A DNA stretch of 64,000 nucleotides from Ylistrum balloti (taxonomy: Eukaryota), in the NCBI RefSeq assembly GCF_031769215.1, contig NW_026782072.1:1-64000 (forward strand), in the 5' to 3' direction. Positions 1-11,470 of the stretch are shown here, piece after piece. The notes under the pieces were generated by a model. It saw only the letters and a list, made by a program, of their open reading frames with translations. It made no database searches and was not told where the DNA came from. Position 1 is the first letter of the stretch. Every line of letters starts with the position of its first letter. The position numbers and the translations under genes were made by a program.

Positions 1-450
1 GCCAGCTCCCAAGGCTTAGGTATGTCGAGATAGAACTTTATTACTTATTTGTAAAAACGAATTCAGCATTTAATTATTTGTCTTCGATATTCTTCTGATA
101 ATAATAACTTAGGTATGTTTCAAATTTAACAACATCCCTTAGCTCGGTATAGTTTGCAAAGGCAGATGATCTTATTTTGAAAACATAAATATGACGGTTC
201 CAAACCAGATTAATCCTTTATATTATCAATCATGAGCTTTATTGCTATCGATGTGTCTCACGTTTGAAAACAAATTATTTGATGAGATTTAATAGCCTTA
301 GCTTATATAAAAAGAACATGTCTACATATCATGTTATGAATTGGATTCTTACTAATGTATTATTGTAATTACATAGAAACGTTGACGGCAGTTTCTTACA
401 ATATAATATACAAATTGTTTAACTTGAGGTATGGTGTATTTACATTTCAG

Positions 451-3400
451 CGGCTAAAGGTACTACCTGTCCTGATGGAATATGCCAACTTGGACGCGAG
501 TGTGAGTGTGGCGACTCTTGTCAGTGCAGTGACGGGATGTCAGTGTCCTCAATGTAAAGCCGGATGCAAAAGTGCAGGTAGAGTGTCTCATTTGTTATGC
601 ACAGTTAGCTTTAATCAGGACAATAAAAAGAAACTCACACCAGGTAGTCTTTAATTACTAGAGACGGAAATTCTTCGATTGGTGAGAATTAGTTACTTGT
701 AACTGCGCATCCGGTAAATGTATGATTTTTTTGTTTTTTTTTTTTTAAATAGACTTATTTATACAGTTATTATCTTGCAAATATGTTAGAGTATCATAAA
801 GATCGAGTGCATATGAGGATAAGAAATTTCTAAATATTTGTAAATGAAATAATGATTTTTTTTTCACAAATAAGACAATTATTTCCCTTTTATGCATTTA
901 TTTCAATCAATTTACTACCGGGTAATCAAAACATCTGCCCCATTTCTAATATAGTATTCAAAGGTGTAACAGGATCATGCTGTTATACGGATGTTATAGT
1001 TTGATTGGTGACCTTTAACGTACTTGCCTGTTGTCTGATTTGTTCGACAATAACTATCTATATAATAACATAATATTTATAATTTGGTCAAATAAGGTAT
1101 TTATCGACCTTTTCGTCCATTAATTATTTTCTATATCTGCGTAATAGCTGTGTCAGACACAAGCTTTATTTGTTCACCTCCATTTTACTTTACTCTGTCT
1201 CCTTGTTTTCTCCCTTCTAATTCAATCATTGTTATCATTCTGAAGATTTTATTGATCAGAGACCGGATAGTTCAATTCTGCATTTGCTACTGTATTCTGC
1301 GTTATGATGGTAAACAATTTTATCAATGCTGTATTTGTACATAAGAATTTACTCTTATCAATGATGAAGCAATTTGATAAACAGACTACATTAACTAACG
1401 TTCCTGCATATTAACTTATTTCTCCTGTAGCCGTGTACTGCGCCAAGTGTCCTGGAGGGAAGTGTGGTTGTACTGGTGCAGACTGTTGTACCAAAAACTG
1501 TAGATGCCCCGGATGTAAGAGCGGATGTGGATGCTTCCGTGAGTTGCTATATGACATTAATATATACAATTTCTTCATTTTAAAAGATAATTATCGGTAG
1601 CATGGTTTATATTTGATAATAGTGTCTGAAGTTAATTCAATAACAATAAATATCTTATCCTTAATATAGATATTACGACAGTGTTCAAATTTCTCTAGTG
1701 TTTTTTCCATGTCAGGATAATGCGAGGATGTTTTATCACATATATACCGCTTTGTATAGATTTTGTAAAATGGAAATTCAGTCATGTTATCAATCACTAT
1801 TTATCAACTAAATTTTTGATAATCTTCTTTTCATATAGCGAAGAAAGGTGGCTTCTGTCCTGGTGGACAGTGTCAGGTCGGACGTGCGTGTGAGTGTGGA
1901 GATTTCTGCACGTGCAGTGACACTTGTGAATGCTCTGTCTGCAAGGCTTGCTGCAAGTGTGGAGGTAATGTTGTTTAATGGTAGTGTACACTTGTATTAA
2001 ATGTTAATGCTATCTTCACATTAGAGGTTTCCGTATCCGTTACACGACTAAGTAGCAGTAGGAACGAAAGGGATGGGACATTTTATAGCATACTCCTTGG
2101 CTGTGTTGCATATCATTTGATACTGCGAGTAGTAACATTGAAAAATTGAGGGGTTTGTCACTTGTTGCATATAAGGATTTCGGGTAGATATATACAAAGA
2201 CTTAGTTGTCAGTAGTGATAGTTTGGATCTCTCCCAACTGTATTCATTATAAAAATACATAAAGTCGACCAAAGTGGTTTGCAAATTAAAATTTCTCTAA
2301 GTCGGTTGGTAAGCTTGGTTGTTCTACAGATAAGATATAGAGGTACTCCTTTGCACATGTCCTCAGGTTGATATTTTAATGGGCGATAAATCTTACCAAC
2401 ATATCCATTCGCTGATTCTATTATTCTTACATCCCAGGTGCCAATGTTGTATGTTCTACGAACTGTCAATCAGGACAATGCTGTGAAACTAGTGCTTGTC
2501 AGGGCAGGTGCAAGTCGGCTACAGGTAAGTACTCTTATTATATTAGACGCCACAATTTGAAAACAACGAGTATATTTCTATTTCAATGCCATGATTTATC
2601 GAAGTATATTCGATCATTAAGATTCCATTCAACGTTCTGCCAACATCTTATTTCCTTCTAACATATTATATTGATTATATCATGTTAAACAAAGACAATA
2701 TGACTAAGAATGGTTACGCTACGAGTAACGAAATTGCTGTCGATTACCAGAATTTTGTTAATATTTACTTCTTTCACAGCTGTGTTCTGTGCCAAATGTC
2801 CCGGGAGGAGGTGTGGTTGTACTGGTGTGGATTGTTGTACGAGCAAGTGTAGATGCCTCGGATGTAAAGTCAACTGTAGATGTTTCTGTAAGTTGTGACA
2901 CCACTTAATTTCAATAATCATTTTGGTGAAAAGACTCTTCATACCCTCCTTTTTTGATAAGTCCATGATATTTTTCTGCAACTACGCCTTAATATCACTG
3001 GATATTTTATCAGACGTATGATCTTTTATTATTGTAATTTTAACTGATTACAGTGTAATAATAAATATTAAATAATATTATTCTAATTCAGCGGCTAAGC
3101 GAGCTACTTGCCAGGATGGAGCTTGCCACAAAGGGCGTGCATGTAGGTGTGGCTGCAAATGCAGTAGCGCATTCCAGTGTCCATCCGGCAAAGCTGGGTG
3201 CAAATGTGCAGGTAACATTGTTATATATTCATTTAGGTGATTTAAAATCGCTATTTGTTCCTTTCTGTTCTATGAAAATATACGTAGTTTTGATGAAACA
3301 CATATAAATCGTTATCAACAACAAAGTGTTCGACATACCTATAAAATGTGCCCCATGTTAATGTGTTTTAATATCCACTCTTTCAGACTGCAATTTCGTG

Positions 3401-5573
3401 TGTTCTGCAGAGTGTGGATCTAGGCAGTGTTGTGGAACAAGTGCATGTAAATGCAACGGCAAATGCGCATGCCAGAAGTGCAGATGCACCTGCGCATCTG
3501 GTAAGAATTTCAAATAGTGCATGTCAATAAAAACAAACAGAGTTTGTGCTGTTAAAACTGGATAAGAGTTGTATTTTTAAGCTTTCCTGAAGATGTTGTG
3601 TACAATATGATTTTAACAGCTGCACAACTACTTTAACTAAACTATTTGGCTCATCATGTCAGTTTTTTCCACAAAAACGGTGTGTGCTTTGTTTGTTTAT
3701 TGTTTTCCCCCCTCTTTTTAATTATAGATATACATCTAAATTTAATAGAAAGATCGCAGTAGTTTCCACGACTTCTATAGCCTGAAGATACACTGAACTG
3801 TAAAGGATGATCCTCGGTATTTGCTTTTTTACTAAGCTGTAAATTAATCACTTAGACTTAATACTTAAACCATATGTCTCATTTTAGGGAATTGCACTTG
3901 TAATAGAGGATGTACTGGACCCTGCACTTGTAAATGTGTTGCAGAGTGTGGATCTAGGCAGTGTTGTGGAACAAGTGCATGTAAATGCAACGGCACGTGC
4001 GCATGCCAGAAGTGCAGATGCAACTGCGCATCTGGTAAGCATTTCAAATATTGCATGTCAATAAAGACAAACAGATTTTGTGGTGTTAAAACTGGATAAG
4101 AGTTGTACTTTTTTTTGCTGAAGATTTTGTGTACAATATGATTTTAACAGCGGCACTACTACTTTAACTAAACTATTTGGCTCATCATGTCAGTTTTTTC
4201 CACAAAAACGGTTTGTGTTTTGTTTGTTTATTGTTTTCCCCCTTCTTTTTAATTATAGATATACATCTAAATTTAATAGAAAGATCGCAGTAGTTTCCAC
4301 GACTTATATCGCCTGAAGATACACTGAACTGTAAATGATGATCCTCGGTATTTGCTTTTTTACTAAGCTGTAAATTAATCACTTAGACATAATACTTAAA
4401 CCATATCTCTCATTCTAGGGAACTGCACTTGCGATAGGGGATGTACTGGACCCTGCACTTGTAGATGTGTTGCAGAGTGTGGATCCAGGCAGTGTTGTGA
4501 AACAAGTGCAAGTACATGCAACGGCAAGTGCGCATGCAACAAGTGCAGAAGCAACTGCGCATCTGGTAAGCATTTCAATTATTGCATGTCCATGAAGACA
4601 AACAGATTTGATGGTGTTAAAACTGGATAGGAGTTGTACTTTTTTGCTGAAGATGTTGTGTACAATATGATTTTAACAGCTACACTACTACTTTAACTAA
4701 ACTATTTGCCTCATCATGTCAGTTTTTTCCAAATAAACGGTTTATGTTTTGTCTGTTTTTTTTTTTGTTTTGTTTTGTTTTCCCCCTTCTTTTTAATTAC
4801 AGATATACGTTTAAATTTAATTAAAAGATCTCAGTAGTTTCCAAGACTTATATCGCCTGAAGATACACTGAACTGTAAATGATGATCCTCGGTATTTGCT
4901 TTTTACTAAGCTGTAAATTAATCACTTAGACATAATACTTTAACCATATCTCTTATTTTAGGGAACTGCACTTGCGATAGGGGATGTACTGGACCCTGCA
5001 CATGTAGATGTGTTGTAGAGTGTGGATCTAGGCTGTGTTGTGGAACAAGTGCATGTAAATGCAACGGCAAGTGCGCATGCAACAAGTGCAGATGCAACTG
5101 CGCATCTGGTAAGCATTTTAATTATTGCATGTCCATGAAGACAAACAGATTTGATGGTGTTAAAACTGGATAGGAGTTGTACTTTTTTTGCTGAAGATGT
5201 TGTGTACAATATGATTTTAACAGCTACACTACTACTAAAACTAAACTATTTGGCTCATCATGTCAGTTTTTCCCAAACGAACGGTTTATGTTTTGTTTGT
5301 CTGTTTTTTGTTTCTCCCCTTCTTTTTAATTATAGACATACATTTAAATTTAATAGAAAGATCGCAGTAGTTTCCACGACTTATATCGCCTGAAGATACA
5401 CTGAACTGTAAATTATGATCCTCGGTATTTGCTTTTATCATAAGTTGTAAATTAATCACTTAGACATAATACTTTAACCATATTCTTTCATTTTAGGGAA
5501 CTGCACTTGCGATAGGGGATGTACTGGACCCTGCACTTGTAGATGTGCTGCAGACTGCACATGTAAGCAGTAA
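451..5573 (+). CDS. MT: Giant multi-module metallothionein MT-A; 5' end lies upstream of the window; first visible exon is frameshifted (gene or pseudogene unresolved)
   Basis: AG/GT-bounded Cys-rich exons, all phase 1-1: 451-577 (type III, 127 nt, +1 G at 534-536), remnant of IV at ~693-713, 1431-1538 (II, AVYCAKCPGGKCGC..), 1839-1964 (III), 2438-2524 (IV, shortened to 87 nt), 2780-2887 (II), 3092-3211 (III), 3387-3500 (IV), 3888-4034, 4419-4565, 4962-5108 (147-nt chimeric V/IV), 5497-5573 (V, GNCTCDRGCTGPCTCRCAADCTCKQ-TAA). Exons from 1431 on splice into one open frame of ~393 codons with 115 Cys. AATAAA near 5788. Confidence 0.85.
3387..5573 (+). repeat. ~535-bp intragenic tandem repeat (exon + intron); four copies of the same intron
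   Basis: Donors at 3500/4034/4565/5108 and acceptors at 3888/4419/4962/5497 give periods of 531-543 bp. Intron text recurs nearly verbatim (e.g. gatcctcggtatttgc, gaagatacactgaactgtaaa). Confidence 0.95.
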
Positions 5574-6010
5574 GTGGTGACGTCATTGGATGGATAGTCC
5601 CACTTTTTCTCAGTTTCTGCGGACATCATTATTGACATTTACGTATTCAACGTGTTATTCAGAGTTTTATTTGTATTTAAACGGAAAGTATATTACCTGG
5701 TGATTTCAATGTAATCGTTCGCTTAACAATCAATTGTATTCCCAATCATTGTCATATCTCGAAGTTGTGTTATTACAGACGAATTTAAATAAAATATGGC
5801 TTCTACTTTTTCCGGTGTTGATAATTTATGTGTATGTTCTATACCCTGATTATCTCCTAATCCTTTTTACAGTAAGATCTATAGTCTTTACATGTTTAGA
5901 AACGATTGAAAATAGGCGCCTTCCTTTTATTTCCATTGTCTACGTACAAACCGACGACGTTTTAAGTAAAGACTTTATAATCAGCCATACCAACATCAAG
6001 AAACTGAGAC

Positions 6011-6205
6011 ATTGACTGGAAACCTGTAGTACCTGGTTATCTTCTCAATGGACATATTGACTGGCAACCTATAGTACCAAGTTATCTTCTCAATGGACAC
6101 ATTGACTAGTAACCTGTAGTACCAGGTTATCTTCTCAATGGACACATTGACTGGTTACCTGTAGTACCAGGCTATTTACTAGACTAGTTACTTGCAGTAC
6201 CAGGG
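6011..6205. repeat. 45-bp minisatellite, ~4 copies
   Basis: Unit attgactggaaacctgtagtacctggttatcttctcaatggacat, decaying at the right end. Confidence 0.85.
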
Positions 6206-6639
6206 TTGATACCCAAGGAAATTTCTATTTGAAAATTAGGAGGTGACTGCTGAAAATCTAATTTGACTGAGAGAAAGATCAAAGTCTAAATGGGGAGGTG
6301 ACTAGCCCAATAATGACATCTAGTTCATCATTTCCATATATATGATAACGTAAGGTGTATACAGAAATTAAGTTACCTAATCTACTTTCACAACACTTGT
6401 TGGGTATAACGGAAATATTAAAACGACTCAATATTTATTCAATATTTACTTGACTGACCTCAATATGAACATCTGAACTGATCTACTATATATGTTATAA
6501 CTGGTCAATAGCAATGAGAAATGCTTTACAATAATTGTTAACTGATTATTCTACCTGATATTCATCTGATTTTTCTTGTCCGCATGGAGTTTTATTGTCT
6601 GAGAAAAACCGAAGTATTAGAAGGAAAATTTACGTGGTC

Positions 6640-6727
6640 CCCACACTTTCCATGTTATGTCGTAGAATCGAACCCTAGACGTTTAGGTAAAATGAGCGTG
6701 TGTTGCCTTTGCACCACCCGATTATCC
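6640..6727 (-). mobile_element. Degenerate tRNA-derived SINE head (Pol III A/B boxes)
   Basis: Minus strand reads ggtggtgcaaaggcaac...gggttcgattctacg: A-box-like GGTGCAAAGG and B-box GGTTCGATTC at tRNA-like spacing, with no full cloverleaf. Confidence 0.4.
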
Positions 6728-8928
6728 AAAGCATTTTTCACATGTTTATTGGAATATTTGAACTGTAGCAATATGAAGAGAGACGCTATTGATACAGTGT
6801 TTCCTATTTCAAATCACATACATGAACTGGTGACATAATAAAAAATACATTCACAATCGTATATACCCATCATATTTATAAATCAATGAACAATGATTGA
6901 ATTTTCACTCTTGTGAATTTTCTATTTACTGATATTAATATCCTTTGTTCACCTAGGGTACATGTCATAGCTGAATGAATATTCAATGTCGTGTTCAAAA
7001 TATCACGATATTTGTGTAAGATGTCGACAACTGACAAATACACAACACCGGTTTCAACAGGTGCAGGCTGTTGAAGATAGTAAGTCTCGCGGTCATTACA
7101 AGGATTGCAATTCCGTTTTTGCTAACTTTGTTCTCTTTTTGAAATGTGACATATTTTGTTTTTCGGGAACACCTGCTCTTATTCTCCATGGTTTCCGTGC
7201 AAAGCTTGTTTTTGTTCAAGTTTTGCCTTAGTGTCATCGAATTTGAGATTGAGTTAAAATGATGTTAACATGTCTGTATTTTCTTTGCTTTTAGCATTAT
7301 TATTTATTTGATGCAGCACTTCTTAATGTCGCTTGACTTTAGAAAAAAATAGTTTATTCTATATTGAAACTGATGCATTCCTCTCTTGACATACATGTAT
7401 AACTGGTTACCTTGGGGCAGGTCATTTTTTATAGTAATATTCTGATCATAAATATATTGGCATCTAAAAAGAAAAAGCACTTGGTTACGTCGGAGTACAG
7501 TGTAAACAACATAATTGATGTTGAGTTTGAAAGTTACTTGTCTTTTTATTTTAAATGCAGGCAAACACATCAGTTATTTCAGTCAGTTGTCTTATTTTCT
7601 GCTTTCTGGCTGTAAGCAAAGGCACTTTGATGAGTATTACAAGATTATAAATGAATATGACGCGTTCTAGGAACTACACGTTTTCTGAATAATTTATACC
7701 TCAAGGGAAGTAACTCTTTACGACACGGTTTTTCCATGTGTGCACGAAAGCTCAGATTTTTTTTAAACTTAGTTACTCTGAAGTAGAAATATGGAAGAAT
7801 GGCCTTCCAAATAAACTAAATGTTGTAACCTTTTTGTTGTTCAAGAAAGAATTACAAGCATATATTTTGCTTTAGGTATGGAAAACGCCTCGTAGTCAAT
7901 ATTTGTACTCATTTTATCAGGTTTGTCTGTGTGTATTTTACAGAGTGCATGAAATGCAACTAAATGTTTCCTGAAACGTATACACATTTATTAGTTTCAA
8001 AATCTTGTAATTAGATTTTATGTATTCTTAAGTTTAATTATTTTATTAGTATATGGTTTTTATTAACATTGATTTATTTAATTTAAGGGTAATGTCATAG
8101 CGAACTATTCATATCATATAAATGGGTTAGGTATTATACTCCTAACAGAGAAGGTGTGTGTGCATATGTATGTGTTAACCATGATATCCAGCTGAGATAT
8201 ATAAATTGCCAACATTGTATCTAAAGGAAGCTGACTGATTGTTAGTATGTATCAACGTGGTGCAAGCAACTGAAATATGATTAAAAAACGATGATAATGT
8301 TGTTTATTTACAATGCCAAACATGGGTTATATATGTATATACAAGACTCGCTCGCAAACACATAATCACTCACTCCTATATCAAGAAATACGAATGTTAA
8401 TGTAGCTAAGCATAGATCCTGAATAATATTCTAATACACCTTAACTCATTAACAAGGATGTAAACACTCCACTCAAATATGTTTTAAATAGGTATTAATA
8501 ATGTATGGCTCGAGTTTAATTAGGAGATTACATTGAATTTCACACCTCATGGTTTCAATACATTTTCCACCCGCGCGCGTACCCACTGTGTTCAACACTA
8601 TGACAAAAGAGACGTTAAACGCACGATATAGACTACATAATTGCATATTGAACAATCAAGTATGCATTTATCGCCCTTATACAATAGTAGAACATACATA
8701 CTTTATGCATAAAAATTAGCATAAAAACGACATGAATAGAACTCATTTCACCTAAGTAATACACAATGATCTAGGTTGTTTGACCCGATGGTAACACTGT
8801 ACAATGCAATATCAACTAAAATAGAAAGTTAACTTACCACAGTCTGTCTTTTGTGCCTGTTTCACATGCTGTAAAATAGCGATAAATTCTTATTGGATGC
8901 ACGAGGCAAATAACAACAGCTCACCAAG

Positions 8929-9401
8929 TGCACGCCTGCCCGTGACGCATTTCCACCGATGCCTAATTATTAAGGTTACTTACCTCGGCAGTGATAAAAA
9001 CAAAATACACAATCAATTCAATATACATGTACTATCAACAATAAACGTGCTTGCGTGGTAGTATATCTGTGTATAACTTATCCTTTAAGGGGACCATTTG
9101 AAAGATTAGTATAGTTGCTACCCTCGAAAAAATTATTATCATGTATGTGCATAAATTGTGTAGACAATGTGGATGTATTTTACATTGTAGACGTAAATAG
9201 TATTGTGTCAATTATCAGAAAGATAAACAGAAAAATATGGCATACCTTTGATTGACCTTCACATAGTAATACTTTGTTTGAACGACCTCTGAAATGACGG
9301 TTTTGGTCTAAATTAGGTAGAATACCAACAGGAGAGTCGTCATGTTATTTTCTTTGAGATTTCGTATCTCAAGTGATAACATCCAGACCATAGGATTGAT
9401 G

Positions 9402-9448
<47 letters not shown>

Positions 9449-9675
9449 AGTCACGCCTAGTAATTGGAGGCTGAATATATACGTCACTTAGAAATAAAGA
9501 TATGATACATACATAATCAACTAAGCATCGTGTGCAAAATTCCCTTCTTACATTCTTTTGATTTGCACACGATACGGTTTTGCATACGGCTGCCTTCACA
9601 TGTATTTTGTACGATTCACGTATACCTCCTTTAATGCACACGATTTTGGTTTGCTCACGCAATGTCCCTATAACT
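8929..9675 (+). promoter_or_regulatory. MT-B promoter: metal-response elements and a TATA-like box
   Basis: MRE core TGCRCNC at 8929-8935 (TGCACGC), 9530-9536 (minus strand), 9564-9570 and 9635-9641 (TGCACAC). cctataac at ~9667, ~85 bp upstream of ATGTCCGAAG. Confidence 0.7.
9404..9445. repeat. (TA)n microsatellite, ~21 units
   Basis: Direct reading. Confidence 0.98.
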
Positions 9676-9755
9676 AGCGTCATATTTTTTTATCAATAAT
9701 GAGCTGAAGAGACACATTCAGTCGTTTTCAGAGCGTTGAAAACTTTCCTCATGAG

Positions 9756-11470
9756 ATGTCCGAAGGCATATATTATTCGTTTATTATAAATCAGTTAAAT
9801 AAATATATCATTTCATTTATCTTTTTATCTATTTTTGTTTAATTTTTTTATTATTTATTTAAATAAATTAGACAATTATCGGTGATTAGTATTTCTATGT
9901 TCACATATGGCCTTGGATTTGGTGTAGAATTTTCCTTAAATTTCAGTGACTTCTAAACTGCCTGTCTGCATCAGAGACATCATACAAGTAATGAACACTT
10001 TGGTTGCAAACAGTTTAGATCAATAAACTGAACTGGATTTTTGGTAAAATGACCATTGCAAATAACTAATATTTTTAGTTAAATGTAGTCGGTATTACCG
10101 TGTTAAGAGTACCCGATTGGCCATTACAGAAATGAATTAAATAAAGACCTGGGTTCTTTCCTTATATCATAAACGTATGTAATATTTTATTATTATTATC
10201 TTAATAATCATAATTATCATAATCAAAGTCTAGCATTATGTATTAATCTGCCTCTTCCTTTTGATTATTGGTCTTATTCCTCTATCATATTTTAATTTAG
10301 CTTCCAGAAGTATGTACTCCTTCTGTTCCAAAATGTACATTAATGGATATTTATAAAATTAATTTGTTTAAAACGGCTATTTTTTCCGTTATCCTGCACT
10401 TCACTTCACTTAAAATGACAGAGCAATCCGTTTAATTAATTTGTTCTAAAATTACTTTTTTCTTGAGTGGGTGGTAATTATAAATATGGATCCATTACAC
10501 AAATTATATCAGGTACGGAAACAGAATTTAGAGGAGAAAATATTTACAAATTTAGGTTTTTATTTCGTATTCAGTCGTGTTCTTTGCCAAGTGTCCCGCT
10601 GGAAGGTGTGACTGTACTGGTGCGGGCTGCTGCACCAACAACTGTAGATGTCCCGGTTGTAAGGTCGACTGTGGATGTTTCTGTAAGTTGGAAACAAAAT
10701 TCAAAAATTCAAAATTAAAAACAAATTTTCTCTTGTATTTGCTAAAGAACCAGTCTGATACTTTGGAAAGTATACTTAAACTTTAATGACAAGACGTTGA
10801 TGGCTGTGATCTTACTTGATTCTGAAGATGAAAGCATTACACCATCATGTCAATAACACTGGACAACAAATTATATTGAAACCAATTAAATAAATTACTA
10901 TGTAGCACATGTATATTTATAGTATAAATTGTATCTTTGGTTAAGTCGCGAGGGCTGCTACCTGTCCTGACGGAATCTGTCATATGGGAGTTGCTTGTAT
11001 ATTAGTATCAATAATCCGCTTTTGAGTTAGTGACAAACCTTGTCGATACACCATTATTTAACCTGTTATATATCGATACCAATAGATCAAAAATATTTTA
11101 AATGTTCATTTTATTTTAACGAACAGGTAGAAGTATAATGATGGTGTACTTTTGATAATAATGTACATTTCTTCACGTCTTTAGTACATCGCTGATTAAA
11201 ATCGTTGTGTATCAAAGAAAAAGATATATTTCAAAATGAAAACCCATATAAAAATAACTAATCTTGTTCGAGTATTGACTAAATTTACCAATATAAAAGC
11301 TACTTCTCATGTTTTCTTTGTCAGGGGCTAACTTAGTGTGTTCCGCGGACTGCCAGTCTGGGAGGTGTTGCGGTACTAACGCCTGCCATTGCAGTGGTTG
11401 GTGTGGATGTCCAACGTGCATAGGCAGCTAGAACTTGTAGGTGTTCTGCAGCTGTTCGTGTAAGTAGTAA
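9756..11470 (+). pseudogene. MT: Metallothionein pseudogene MT-B
   Basis: Exon I ATGTCCGAAG 9756-9765 is followed by GCATAT instead of GTAAGT. Exon II 10575-10682 (first Cys->Phe). Exon III is truncated (10946-~10998, ..TCPDGICHMGVAC, no donor). Exon IV starts at 11325 and hits TAG at 11429-11431, then fuses to a frameshifted remnant of the exon V end (acttgtaggtgttctgcag-ctgttcgtgtaagtagtaa, 11433-11470). Confidence 0.85.

Noticed and set aside
578-2779. Separate small MT genes hidden within MT-A
   Set aside because: I found no ATG-xxx-xxx-G|GT micro-exon, TATA/MRE cluster or stop-bearing exon V between the modules.
2685-5209. Minus-strand His/Leu/Gln-rich ORFs over the MT exons (e.g. 3865-4056, 4396-4578, 11212-11560)
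   Set aside because: These are antisense shadows of TGY-rich Cys codons. The plus-strand frames have the splice signals.
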